A stretch of DNA of 55,779 nucleotides. It comes from Actinomycetota bacterium (GTDB lineage: Bacteria; Actinomycetota; AC-67). The stretch's first letter is position 1. Each line of letters starts with the position of its first letter. Position numbers and translations under genes: made by a program. Shown in pieces: positions 44,609 through 53,825 of this stretch. The stretch is from NCBI GenBank assembly GCA_005884515.1, contig VAWS01000060.1, forward strand, positions 1 to 55,779, given 5' to 3'. A model generated the notes under the pieces. That model did no database searches, was not told the DNA's origin, and was given only the letters and a program-made list of their open reading frames with translations.

Positions 44609-44986
44609 TCATTCGCCCGGTGCGCGCCCTCGCTCCAGACCCGCGCGCGCGACTTCGACCAGCGCCCCGAACGCAGCCGGATCTTTCACGGCCATATCCG
44701 AGAGCACCCGCCGGTCGACGTCGACCTCTGCCAGCTTCAACCCGTTGATCAGTCGGTTGTACGACAACCCGTGCTCGCGCGCCGCCGCGTTGATGCGCGC
44801 GATCCAGAGCCGACGGAAGTCGCCCTTGCGCTTCCGGCGGTCGTTGTACGAGTACCGAAGGGAGTGCAGAACCTGTTCGCGCGCGGACCGGTAGAGCCGG
44901 CCGCGCGAGCCCCGATAGCCGGACGCGCGCTCGAGGACGGTCCGGCGTTTCTTCCGTCCGGTGACGCTTCGTTTCACGCGAGCCAT
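44609..44986 (-). CDS. rplT: 50S ribosomal protein L20
   Basis: [26 protein letters not shown]...[19 protein letters not shown]. Confidence 0.95.
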   Translation of the reverse strand: MARVKRSVTGRKKRRTVLERASGYRGSRGRLYRSAREQVLHSLRYSYNDRRKRKGDFRRLWIARINAAAREHGLSYNRLINGLKLAEVDVDRRVLSDMAVKDPAAFGALVEVARAGLERGRAPGE

Positions 44987-44989
44987 GGC

Positions 44990-45184
44990 TCAGCCTCCCA
45001 GCAGGCGGCGCGCGCGCGCCCGATCGGGCCCGGAGACGACGATGGAACGGCCCAAGCGACGCTTCCTCTTCGACGGCTTCTTCTCGAGGATGTGGCGGAA
45101 GTACGCCCGCTTGCGGACGATCTTGCCGCTCCCCGTGCGGCGAAGTCGCTTCGCAGCCGCGCGGTGGGTCTTCATCTTCGGCAT
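44990..45184 (-). CDS. rpmI: 50S ribosomal protein L35
   Basis: MPKMKTHRAAAKRLRRTGSGKIVRKRA..., 64 aa. Confidence 0.95.
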   Translation of the reverse strand: MPKMKTHRAAAKRLRRTGSGKIVRKRAYFRHILEKKPSKRKRRLGRSIVVSGPDRARARRLLGG

Positions 45185-45188
45185 CGCG

Positions 45189-45716
45189 TTACTCCCCTTC
45201 GGCTTTCTCGCGCTTCACTACCGACCGCTTCGTCGGCGCGAATACGATGGTCATATTCCGGCCGTCGAGCTTCGGCGGCGTCTCTACGTGCGCGATCGGC
45301 TCCAAGTCGCCGGCCAGCCGGTCGAGGATCTTGGCCCCGAGCTCTGTGTGGGCCATCTCCCTTCCGCGGAACATGATCGTCACCTTCACCTTGTGACCGC
45401 CGTTGAGGAACCGCTCGATGTGTCCCTTCTTCGTCCGGTAGTCGTGGATGTCGATCTTCGGACGCATCTTCATCTCTTTGAGGACGGAAGACGCTTGCTT
45501 ACGTTTCGCGTCCTTCGCCTTGACCGCCATCTCGTAGCGGTACTTGCCGTAGTCGAGCAGCCGGCACACGGGCGGCCGCGCCTGCGGCGCTACTTCAACG
45601 AGATCCAGGTCGAGCTCGCGTGCGATCCGCAATGCGTCCTGCAGCGCCAGAACACCCACCTGGCTTCCGTCCGGGCCCACGAGGCGTACCTCGGGGGCGC
45701 GGATCCGGTCGTTCAC
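45189..45716 (-). CDS. infC: translation initiation factor IF-3
   Basis: [19 protein letters not shown]...DLDLVEVAP...[15 protein letters not shown]...[14 protein letters not shown]...MFRGREM. GTG at 45716; the start codon is uncertain, as is usual for infC. Confidence 0.92.
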   Translation of the reverse strand: MNDRIRAPEVRLVGPDGSQVGVLALQDALRIARELDLDLVEVAPQARPPVCRLLDYGKYRYEMAVKAKDAKRKQASSVLKEMKMRPKIDIHDYRTKKGHIERFLNGGHKVKVTIMFRGREMAHTELGAKILDRLAGDLEPIAHVETPPKLDGRNMTIVFAPTKRSVVKREKAEGE

Positions 45717-45761
45717 TCTCGGTTCACTTGCGATCCAGCATCACCTCATCGATTCGATGGA

Positions 45762-45790
45762 CAAAAAGAAGGGACGCCCGAAGGGCGCCC
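45762..45790 (-). terminator. intrinsic terminator between cspA and infC
   Basis: Minus-strand RNA is GGGCGCC-CUUCG-GGCG(U)CCC (UUCG-type loop, one bulge), followed by UUCUUUUUG. Confidence 0.6.
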
Positions 45791-45956
45791 GGAACGAACC
45801 TCTTCACAACCCGTCCGGTTCTGTTTCGCACCCGGTGGGTGAGGAGTCCCAGCTCCTTCTTTGCGCGCGAACGCATATTTCGCGCACCCAGGAAGTATAG
45901 AGGTGACGAAACCGGGTGTCGAGGACGAGGCCGTCGTCTGCGTGAGTCGCGGCCGA

Positions 45957-46157
45957 TCAGGCGGGCCGGACGTTGGCTGCCTGTTGGCCTTTCGGGCCAT
46001 CGACGATGTCGAACTCGACGCGCTGGCCTTCGCTCAACGTGCGGTAGCCGTCCATCTGGATGGCGCTGTGGTGCACGAAAACGTCGTCGCCGTCCTCGCG
46101 TGATATGAAGCCGAAGCCCTTCTCGTTGCTGAACCACTTGACGGTGCCTTGTGCCAC
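45957..46157 (-). CDS. cspA: cold-shock protein (CspA family)
   Basis: [33 protein letters not shown] contains the RNP1 and RNP2 motifs. 66 aa. Confidence 0.94.
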   Translation of the reverse strand: MAQGTVKWFSNEKGFGFISREDGDDVFVHHSAIQMDGYRTLSEGQRVEFDIVDGPKGQQAANVRPA

Positions 46158-46272
46158 CCTTCCCCTCCTGGCCCGCCGCGCGAACGCGGATCAACCCCCT
46201 GCGCCGTCGCCCAGCGCGGCGCGAGCGTACCACACCCACAAACTGCCAGGAAAGAGGACGTATGGCTCTCGG

Positions 46273-47148
46273 TCAGGGCACGATCTTCGCGATGGGAAGC
46301 TCGATTATGTCGGTCGCTCCTCGTTCCTTCAGGAGCGGGATCAACACGTTGATGTGCGACTTCTCGACGACCGTTTCGACCGCGTAGTCGTCTCCGGACG
46401 TCAGCTTGGAGATCGTCGGTGCTTTCATCGCCGGCAGGATGTCGAGCACGCCGGCCAGCGACGCTTCCTCGACGTTCAGCTTCACGAGCACCCGGCCGCG
46501 CGCGGCCAGAACGCCGAGGAGCAGGATCTGGACGTCGGTCATCGCCTGGCGTTTCGCCGCATCGGCCGCCGATGCGCGGTTGGCGATCAGCAGCGTCGGC
46601 GAGTCGACGAACGTCTCGACGATCTTGAGGCCACTCCGTCGAAGCGAGGACCCCGTCTCCGTGGCCTCAACGACCGCGTCCGCGATGTCGGGAACCTTCG
46701 CCTCGGTCGCGCCGTAGGAGAGGAAGACGTGGACCGGGATCCCGAGCTTCTCGAACGCGCGCGTCGTGATGTTGGGGTACTCGGTCGAGATGCGCGAGTT
46801 CGCGGGGAGCTGGTCGGCGCGCTCGATCGGAGAATCCTTCGGAACGGCGAGCACGATCCGCACGCGGCCGCCCACGCGTCCCGCGTCCCCGAGCTCGCAG
46901 AGGATCTCGACGTCGCTCTGCGTCTCTTCGATCCAATCTCTGCTCGTGATCCCGACGTCGAATAGCCCCTCTTCGATGTAACCCGGGATCTCCTGCGGGC
47001 GAAGGATGGAGACGCGATCGATCCTGGGATCGACGATGGATCCGTGGTAGTCCCGGTCGGAACCGCGCTTTAGGGCAAGGTCGGCCTGCTCGAGCAGCGC
47101 CAGCGTGTTCGCTTCGAGCGAGCCTTTGGGGATGACCAGCCGCAGCAC
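46273..47148 (-). CDS. hisG: ATP phosphoribosyltransferase (long form)
   Basis: 291 aa with a GTG start. Begins LRLVIPKGSL, with DVGITSRDW, TEYPNITTRAF, ADAVVEATETGSSLR and a C-terminal regulatory domain. Confidence 0.9.
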   Translation of the reverse strand: MLRLVIPKGSLEANTLALLEQADLALKRGSDRDYHGSIVDPRIDRVSILRPQEIPGYIEEGLFDVGITSRDWIEETQSDVEILCELGDAGRVGGRVRIVLAVPKDSPIERADQLPANSRISTEYPNITTRAFEKLGIPVHVFLSYGATEAKVPDIADAVVEATETGSSLRRSGLKIVETFVDSPTLLIANRASAADAAKRQAMTDVQILLLGVLAARGRVLVKLNVEEASLAGVLDILPAMKAPTISKLTSGDDYAVETVVEKSHINVLIPLLKERGATDIIELPIAKIVP

Positions 47149-47160
47149 GGGCGGATGCTA

Positions 47161-47508
47161 TCAGAGGGGTCCGGCGTCCTCGGCCGGCTTTTCGAGCCGG
47201 CGCATCAGCGCTGCCATCTCGATGGCGGTGGCCGCCGCGTCCCAGCCTTTGTTGCCCTCAACCCCACCGGCGCGCGCGCCCAGAGCCACGACGGCGTCGA
47301 CCCCCCGCGTCTCTGCGATCGCGCGCGCGGCAAGCGGCAACTCGAACGATCCCGGCACCCACTCGACGGGGACATCGGAAGCGCCGCTGGCGGTGAAGCA
47401 TTCGAGGGCCCCTTCCACCAGGAGCTCGGTCACCTCGTGGTTGAAGCGCGAAGCCACGATGGCGAACCGCAAACCGCGCGCGTCGAGCGGCTGGTCAGGG
47501 GGCTTCAT
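47161..47508 (-). CDS. ribH: 6,7-dimethyl-8-ribityllumazine synthase with a central gap
   Basis: [22 protein letters not shown]...[14 protein letters not shown]...VDAVVALGA|[21 protein letters not shown]. The VIRGxTxHFDYV...GVLT...EQA segment (~46 aa) is absent at ~47272-47277. ATG at 47508 preferred over TTG at 47538. Confidence 0.75.
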   Translation of the reverse strand: MKPPDQPLDARGLRFAIVASRFNHEVTELLVEGALECFTASGASDVPVEWVPGSFELPLAARAIAETRGVDAVVALGARAGGVEGNKGWDAAATAIEMAALMRRLEKPAEDAGPL

Positions 47509-48745
47509 CCGGCCCGACAACGGGGTCTCCTCCGGCAACCAGGTCGTTGATCTCGAGGTCGTGACCCAGCTTCTCTTTCTTGGTCCGAAGGTACGCGATG
47601 TTGTGCTTGGTCGCGAGGGTCTGGAGCGGGACGCGCTCCACGATCGCCAAGCCGTACCCCTCGAGCCCCGCCCGCTTCGTCGGGTTGTTCGTCAACAACC
47701 GCATCGATTTCACGCCGAGGTCGACGAGGATCTGCGCACCGACGCCGTAGTCGCGCGGGTCGGGCGGGAAGCCGAGCGTCATGTTCGCCTCGACGGTGTC
47801 CTGGCCGCTCTCTTGCAGCTGGTACGCGCGCAGCTTGTGCAGCAAGCCGATGCCGCGGCCCTCGTGCCCGCGGATATACACGAGCACCCCTCTCCCCTCA
47901 TCGGCGATCTGCGCGAGCGCGTTCTCGAGCTGCGTTCCGCAGTCGCACCGGAGCGAGTGGAAGACGTCGCCGGTCAGGCACTCCGAGTGCATACGCGTGA
48001 GGACCGCCGTGCCATCGGAGATGTCGCCGATCGTCAGCGCGATGTGATGTCGTCCGTCGAACGACTGGTAGCCGATCGCGACGAACTCGCCGTACCGCGT
48101 CGGCAGCTTTGCCACTGCTTCGACCTCCCGGCGCACGAGCGTTTCGTGGCGCCGGCGGTACGCGATGAGGTCGGCGATCGAGATCAGCTTCAGCCCGTGC
48201 TGCGAAGACACCTCCCGCAGCTGCGGCAAGCGAGCCATCGTGCCGTCAGCATTCATGATCTCGCAGATGACCCCCGCCGGATACATACCGGCGAGGCGCG
48301 CGAGGTCGACCGCTGCTTCTGTGTGGCCAGCGCGCTTCAGCACCCCGCCGGGCTGTGCGCGCAAGGGGAACGTGTGACCCGGTTTCCGGAAATCCTCCGG
48401 GACCGCGTTGGCGTCGAGCACCTTGCGGACGGTCGCCGCTCGGTCGTGGGCCGAGATCCCTGTGCTGCCGTTCGCGAGATCGATCGGAACGCTGAACGCA
48501 GTCTCGTGTGTCGATGCCAGCTCGGGAACCATCGGAGGGACCCCCAGCTGGTCTAGGCGCTCGGCGACGATCGGCATGCAGATCAAGCCGCGTCCGTGTG
48601 TCGCCATGAAGTTAACGATCTCCGGCGTGACGCGCTCCGCGGCGATGATGAAGTCGCCTTCGTTCTCGCGGTCCGCATCGTCGACGACGACGACGATCTT
48701 CCCCTCGCGGATGTCGGCGACTGCCTCTTCGATCGTGGCGAACAT
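47495..48745 (-). CDS. ribBA: bifunctional 3,4-dihydroxy-2-butanone-4-phosphate synthase / GTP cyclohydrolase II
   Basis: 416 aa from ATG at 48745. Contains [46 protein letters not shown] and [10 protein letters not shown]. Confidence 0.92.
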   Translation of the reverse strand: MFATIEEAVADIREGKIVVVVDDADRENEGDFIIAAERVTPEIVNFMATHGRGLICMPIVAERLDQLGVPPMVPELASTHETAFSVPIDLANGSTGISAHDRAATVRKVLDANAVPEDFRKPGHTFPLRAQPGGVLKRAGHTEAAVDLARLAGMYPAGVICEIMNADGTMARLPQLREVSSQHGLKLISIADLIAYRRRHETLVRREVEAVAKLPTRYGEFVAIGYQSFDGRHHIALTIGDISDGTAVLTRMHSECLTGDVFHSLRCDCGTQLENALAQIADEGRGVLVYIRGHEGRGIGLLHKLRAYQLQESGQDTVEANMTLGFPPDPRDYGVGAQILVDLGVKSMRLLTNNPTKRAGLEGYGLAIVERVPLQTLATKHNIAYLRTKKEKLGHDLEINDLVAGGDPVVGPDEAP

Positions 48746-48752
48746 GTCGGCT

Positions 48753-49583
48753 CTAACGGCGCCGCTTCGCCGGCTTGGAGGCCGGTCGCTTCGCGGTTCG
48801 CTTCGCGGCCGGAACCGGCCGTTTCGCCGGCGTCTTCTTCGCTGTGCTCTTCTGCGCCGGCCGCGAGCGCGACGGCGGGACCGGAGGTGTGTGCGCGACC
48901 GATCGCGTTGGGGGCGGCTTCGGAGCGGCCGGGTGCGGCGCCTCCGCATGCTCCTTCGGCTGCTCTTCGAAGATCGTGAACGTCGGGCGCGGTGTGCGCG
49001 CAGCCATGTGGCGCTCGACGTACTTCGAGATCACGTCGACCTCGACGTTGACCGAGGCACCTTGTCCCTTGCGACCCAACGTGGTCACCGAGACGGTGTG
49101 CGGGATCAGCGCAACGCGGAAGCGATCGCGATCAACCGCGACAACGGTGAGGCTTACGCCGTCCAATGAGACAGACCCTTGCGGCGCGAGGTAGCGGGTC
49201 AGCTCGAAGGGCACGGTCACCTCGAGCACCTCTTGCGCGCCGACGCGCCGGCGGCTGCGGACGAGCCCGACCGCGTCCACGTGACCTTGCACGATGTGGC
49301 CGCCGAGCCGGTCGGTCGCGCGGACGGGACGCTCGAGGTTGACGTCCTCACCGACCTCCAGGATGCCGAGGTTCGTCCGAGCGACGGTCTCGGGGACGAG
49401 GTCGCAGGCGAACGCCTCTTCGTTCCGCTCGGTGACGGTGACGCACGCACCGTTGACGGCGACCGAGTCGCCGATCTGCAGCTCTCCGACGATCTCCGGA
49501 GCACGAACCTCCAGTCGCGCGCCGCCGCCGCGGCGCATGAGCCGGACGACGCTTCCTTGGTACTCCACGATCCCTGTGAACAT
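48753..49583 (-). CDS. ribE: riboflavin synthase alpha chain with a ~75-aa basic Pro/Lys/Ala-rich C-terminal extension
   Basis: Begins [10 protein letters not shown], with [11 protein letters not shown] and SLDGVSLTV (two lumazine-binding repeats), ending ...VISKYVER. It then continues ...[11 protein letters not shown]...[32 protein letters not shown]. Confidence 0.85.
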   Translation of the reverse strand: MFTGIVEYQGSVVRLMRRGGGARLEVRAPEIVGELQIGDSVAVNGACVTVTERNEEAFACDLVPETVARTNLGILEVGEDVNLERPVRATDRLGGHIVQGHVDAVGLVRSRRRVGAQEVLEVTVPFELTRYLAPQGSVSLDGVSLTVVAVDRDRFRVALIPHTVSVTTLGRKGQGASVNVEVDVISKYVERHMAARTPRPTFTIFEEQPKEHAEAPHPAAPKPPPTRSVAHTPPVPPSRSRPAQKSTAKKTPAKRPVPAAKRTAKRPASKPAKRRR

Positions 49584-50677
49584 CAGACCCTCGGCCTCGC
49601 TTCGATCTTGACGTCGGCGCCGGTCCGGCGCACGGATGTGATGGTGAGCTCGCGCGCGTCCGCGATGTTCGGTGCGACGAGGCCGGCGATGGCACTGAGC
49701 CCGACCTGCCCGAGCAGCTTCGGCGCGATGTAGAAAACGTAGCGGTCGACGAGGCGGCGCTCGACCAGATCGCCGATCAACGTCGGGCCGCCCTCGACGA
49801 GCACGTCGGTGATCTCACGCGACCCCAGCTCTTGGAGGAGAGCCGCAAGATCGACGCGTCCCTCCAGCGCCGGAACGCGCACGACCTCTGCGCCGCGCGC
49901 GTGGATCGCCTGCACCGATTCGTCGGAAGCCTTCGCGGTGGTCACGACGAGCGTCGGGGCCGCGTCGTCGAGCACCGCAGCCGTCAACGGTGTGCGAGCC
50001 GCCGAGTCCACCACGATCCGCAGCGGCTGTGGACCGGTGTAGCCGCGGAGGCGGCAGGTGAGCGCAGGGTCGTCGGCCAGCACGGTGCCGATGCCTACGA
50101 CGACTGCGTTCGACCACGCGCGCATCCGGTGCGCATCTCGCCGGGACGCGAGGCCCGTTACCCACTTCGACGACCCATCGGCAGCGGCGACGCGTCCATC
50201 GAGCGTCGAGGCGATCTTGACGGTGACGAACGGCGTACGTGTCTTGATCCACTTGGCGAAGCCTTGGATCAACGACCGCGCTTCTTCTTCGAGCAAACCG
50301 GTCCTGACCTCGATGCCCGCGCCGGCGAGCGTGCGTACCCCCGCGCCGGCTTCGATCGGGTTGGGATCCGTGGTTGCGATCACCGCGCGCGCGATACCGG
50401 ACTCGAGGAGCTGGGGCGCGCACGGCGGCGTGCGTCCGTGGTGGGTGCACGGCTCGAGCGTGAGATAGATCGTCGCGCCACGTGCGCGCGCGCCGGCCGC
50501 CGCGAGCGCTTCGACCTCGGCGTGCGCGCGTCCCGCGCCCTGGTGCCACCCCTCGCCGACGATCTCGCCGTCCGAGACGACCAGCGCTCCGACCGGAGGA
50601 TTCGGCGCGGTTCGGCCACGCCCGCGCTCGGCGAGGCGCAGCGCCCGGCGCATCAAAACGGTGTCTCGGTCGGTCAC
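49583..50677 (-). CDS. ribD: bifunctional riboflavin-biosynthesis deaminase/reductase
   Basis: 364 aa with a GTG start. Contains HAEVEAL, TLEPCTHHGRTPPC (CMP/dCMP deaminase zinc site) and a C-terminal RibD reductase domain. Confidence 0.9.
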   Translation of the reverse strand: MTDRDTVLMRRALRLAERGRGRTAPNPPVGALVVSDGEIVGEGWHQGAGRAHAEVEALAAAGARARGATIYLTLEPCTHHGRTPPCAPQLLESGIARAVIATTDPNPIEAGAGVRTLAGAGIEVRTGLLEEEARSLIQGFAKWIKTRTPFVTVKIASTLDGRVAAADGSSKWVTGLASRRDAHRMRAWSNAVVVGIGTVLADDPALTCRLRGYTGPQPLRIVVDSAARTPLTAAVLDDAAPTLVVTTAKASDESVQAIHARGAEVVRVPALEGRVDLAALLQELGSREITDVLVEGGPTLIGDLVERRLVDRYVFYIAPKLLGQVGLSAIAGLVAPNIADARELTITSVRRTGADVKIEARPRV

Positions 50678-50729
50678 GTCGTCACTATACCAGTGGGTAA
50701 CCGGCCCTTATTTCGGGGCTTTTCGCCTT

Positions 50730-51662
50730 TCAGGCGCCGTCTTCTGCGCTGCCGCGGCGGTCGATCGCGTACACGCTGCCGGGACGTTTCTTCGAGAAGC
50801 TCTTCATCTCGGTGGCGACCTCCACGAGCTCCCGATAGTCCTTCACGGGATGATGCTCGTTCGTCGCCGCTCCGATCGACACGCTGAGGAGGGGATATTC
50901 GAGCTCCCTTCCGAGGCGGTCGGTCACGACCACCGTGCCGCGCGTCGCGTCCTCGGGGTCGTACAGGTCCTTCACGTCCTTGTCGAATCGCGCGACGATC
51001 GCCTGGGAGAGGGTTTCGCAATCTTCGGCCGACGTCAGGACGACGAAGTCGTCTCCGCCGATGTGTCCGATGAACTGATCGTCCGTGGTTGCCTCGCGTA
51101 GAACCGTCGCGAGGTAGTTGATCGCGCTGTCGCCCCGGATAAAGCCATACCGGTCGTTGAACGCTTTGAAGTTGTCGAGGTCGAGCCAAAGCACGGCGAA
51201 GGTCTCCCCGTCGGCGACGCGGCGTTGCATCTCGGCTTCGATCTGGACGTTACCCGGCAGACCGGTGAGCGGCGAAACGGAACGCATCTCACGCGTTCGG
51301 CGAAGCGTCGTCTTCACGCGCGCGACCAGTTCCATCGGGTCGAACGGCTTCGAGATGTAGTCGTCGGCTCCGGCCGTCAGCCCGAGCACCTTGTCCGCAG
51401 ACATCGACTTCGCCGTCAGCATGATGATGCACACGCCGCTCGTCCTGCCGTCGGTGCGGAGGCGTTGGCACACCTGGTAGCCGTCGAGCTTCGGCATCAT
51501 CACGTCGAGGATGACGAGGGAAGGAACGCGATGGTGCGCGACGGCGAGCGCCTCTTCCCCGTCGACCGCGGTGAGCACCTCGTACCCTTCGAGCCGCAGG
51601 TTGAGCTCGACGAAGCGCAGGATGTCTGGATCGTCGTCGGCGACGAGGATGACGTCCGCCAT
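50730..51662 (-). CDS. response regulator with a GGDEF-type output domain (GGDDF variant)
   Basis: 310 aa from ATG at 51662 (ATGA overlap with rpe). REC domain: ILVADDD, LVILDVMMP, LTAK, ISKPF. Then PLTGLPGN, LDLDNFKAFND and HIGGDDFVV. Confidence 0.85.
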   Translation of the reverse strand: MADVILVADDDPDILRFVELNLRLEGYEVLTAVDGEEALAVAHHRVPSLVILDVMMPKLDGYQVCQRLRTDGRTSGVCIIMLTAKSMSADKVLGLTAGADDYISKPFDPMELVARVKTTLRRTREMRSVSPLTGLPGNVQIEAEMQRRVADGETFAVLWLDLDNFKAFNDRYGFIRGDSAINYLATVLREATTDDQFIGHIGGDDFVVLTSAEDCETLSQAIVARFDKDVKDLYDPEDATRGTVVVTDRLGRELEYPLLSVSIGAATNEHHPVKDYRELVEVATEMKSFSKKRPGSVYAIDRRGSAEDGA

Positions 51663-52339
51663 CAGGCGTTCGCCTCTCGTTCGCTCAGAAGCTCTTTGAG
51701 CGCGCGCGCCGCTTCCGCCGGATCCGGCCGAGAGAAGATCGCCGACGCCGCGCCGAGCACGGTCGCGCCGGCGTCGAGCGCGTCGCGCCCGGTGTCGAGA
51801 TCGATCCCACCGTCGACCGCGATGGCGACGTCGAGGCCGCGGCGATCGATCTCCGCGCGCGCGGCTTCGATCTTCGGCAGCATCTCGGGGATGAACCGCT
51901 GCCCCGCCCAGCCCGGGTTGACCGTCATCACGTTCAGAACATCGACACGTTCGAGGAACGGCAAGATCGCGTCGAGGGGCGTCGGTGGGTTCAGCGAGAT
52001 CCCTACCCCGAGCCCAAGGGAGCGTGCTCGCTCGATCACCGGCTCGGGGTCGGGGGTCGCCTCGATGTGGGCGACCACCGACGTTGCGCCGGCTTCGGCG
52101 AATTGCGCCGTTTGTCCCAGCGGGTCGGTCACCATGAGGTGGCACTCGAGGGGAAGCGATGTGACCGCACGCAGGGCCTTCACGACGACGGGGCCGATCG
52201 TGATCGGAGGGACGAAATGGCCGTCCATCGCGTCGATGTGGAGAAGGTCGGCGTACTTCTCGACGCGCGCGACCTCCTCTCCCAGTCGGGCGAAGTCGGC
52301 GGAGAGGATCGACGGTGCAAGCTTGTACCGGGCGGCCAT
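51662..52339 (-). CDS. rpe: ribulose-phosphate 3-epimerase
   Basis: 225 aa with LAPSILSADF, HIDAMDGHFVP, HLMV and VDGGI. Confidence 0.92.
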   Translation of the reverse strand: MAARYKLAPSILSADFARLGEEVARVEKYADLLHIDAMDGHFVPPITIGPVVVKALRAVTSLPLECHLMVTDPLGQTAQFAEAGATSVVAHIEATPDPEPVIERARSLGLGVGISLNPPTPLDAILPFLERVDVLNVMTVNPGWAGQRFIPEMLPKIEAARAEIDRRGLDVAIAVDGGIDLDTGRDALDAGATVLGAASAIFSRPDPAEAARALKELLSEREANA

Positions 52340-52366
52340 GGGGCCACGATTGTAGCCGAGGGTCGT

Positions 52367-53287
52367 TTACGCACCTGCGAGTGGACGACCGGCTTCGAAT
52401 CGCCGGCCGCGCACGAACTCCTCGATCGGCATGGGGCGCTTCCCTTCGAGCTGAACCTCGTCGAGCGAGAGGCCTCCCCGGCCGGTGGCGACGACGAGCC
52501 CGGGGGCGGCCGACAGCACGGTGCCCGACGGTCCCGACCCTTCGACGGCGCGTGCTCGCCACACGATCAGCCGCTTCCCGCCGGCGGTCGTGAACGCTCC
52601 CGGCCTAGGGTTCAACGCACGCACGAGGTTCGCAAGCTCTCCCGCGGAACGTTTCCAGTCGATCTCAGCTTCTTCCGGCTTGAGCTTCGGCGCAGGGCTG
52701 GCGTCGATCTCGCCTTGCGGGATCGGTTCGAGCGCCCCTCGCTCCAGCTCGTCGATCGCGCCGACCAACAACCGCGCGCCGATCGGCGCGAGCCGGTCGA
52801 GCAGCTCCCCTGCGGTTTCCTGCGGCCCGACTTCGACGCGTTCGACCGCAACCACCGGACCCGTGTCGACGGTCGGCTCGAGCATGAAGACGGATACGCC
52901 GGTCTCCGTCGCACCGTCCATGAGCGCGCGCTGAACGGGCGCCGCGCCTCGGTACGCAGGGAGCAGTGAGAAGTGCGCGTTCATCGCCGGCGCCACCGAG
53001 AGAACCGACGTGGGCAAGATGTGTCCGTACGCAACGACGGCGAGCGCGTTCGGCTCGAACACCGAGAGAGCGTCCGCGAACCCCTCTTCTTTGGGTGAGG
53101 CCGGCTGCAGGATGGGAAGACCGTGTTCCTCCGCGAGGTCCTTCACCGGCGACGCGCTAACGCCGCGGCCTCTGCCGCGCGGTTTGTCGGGTTGCGTGAC
53201 GACTGCGGCGACGTCGTGCGGCGACTCGAGCAACGCGCGCAGAGCGGGAACCGCAACATCGGGAGTCCCCATGAAGACGACGCACAT
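52367..53287 (-). CDS. fmt: methionyl-tRNA formyltransferase
   Basis: 306 aa with VVFMGTPDVAVPAL, VVTQPDKPRGRG and NAHFSLLPAYRGAAPVQRA. Confidence 0.92.
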   Translation of the reverse strand: MCVVFMGTPDVAVPALRALLESPHDVAAVVTQPDKPRGRGRGVSASPVKDLAEEHGLPILQPASPKEEGFADALSVFEPNALAVVAYGHILPTSVLSVAPAMNAHFSLLPAYRGAAPVQRALMDGATETGVSVFMLEPTVDTGPVVAVERVEVGPQETAGELLDRLAPIGARLLVGAIDELERGALEPIPQGEIDASPAPKLKPEEAEIDWKRSAGELANLVRALNPRPGAFTTAGGKRLIVWRARAVEGSGPSGTVLSAAPGLVVATGRGGLSLDEVQLEGKRPMPIEEFVRGRRFEAGRPLAGA

Positions 53288-53291
53288 AACG

Positions 53292-53825
53292 TCAGAGCCT
53301 CTTGGAGGCGTTCGTGCGCGGCGGTGGCGACATCCCGAAGTCTTGATCGCGCAGTGCCTTCATGGCTTCTTTCCGAAGCTCGGGTGCGAGGCGATCGATG
53401 AACAGGATGCCGTCGAGGTGATCGATCTCGTGCTGGAAGATGCGCGCGAGGAACCCTTCCGCTTCCTTCTCGATCGGAGCACCGGCAAGGTCTTGCGCGC
53501 GCACCTTCACCGCGGTCGCGCGCGTCACGGGATAATACGTGCCGGGCAGCGACAGGCAGCCCTCTTCCGCTTCTTCGGTTTCCTCCGATGCCCACACGAT
53601 CTGCGGATTCACCAGCGTGCCGCGCTCACCTTCATCGCCGGAGTCGTACACGAACAGCCGGAGGAGCCGACCGACCTGCGTCGCGGCGAGTCCGACACCA
53701 ACGTCATGCATCGTCTCGTGCATGTCCAACGCCAGCTGAGCCAGATCGTCGTCGAACGCCGTGACCGGCGTGGCTTTCGATCGCAGGATGGGATCGCCCA
53801 GCGTGCGGATCGTCAGGATCGCCAC
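53292..53825 (-). CDS. def: peptide deformylase
   Basis: 177 aa from GTG at 53825 (13-nt overlap with the priA 3' end). Contains GVGLAATQVG, EGCLSLPG and QHEIDHLDG. Confidence 0.9.
   Translation of the reverse strand: MAILTIRTLGDPILRSKATPVTAFDDDLAQLALDMHETMHDVGVGLAATQVGRLLRLFVYDSGDEGERGTLVNPQIVWASEETEEAEEGCLSLPGTYYPVTRATAVKVRAQDLAGAPIEKEAEGFLARIFQHEIDHLDGILFIDRLAPELRKEAMKALRDQDFGMSPPPRTNASKRL

Noticed and set aside
50678-50729. Expected FMN (RFN) riboswitch upstream of ribD.
   Set aside because: Only 52 nt are available, and none of the conserved RFN helices or motifs are visible.
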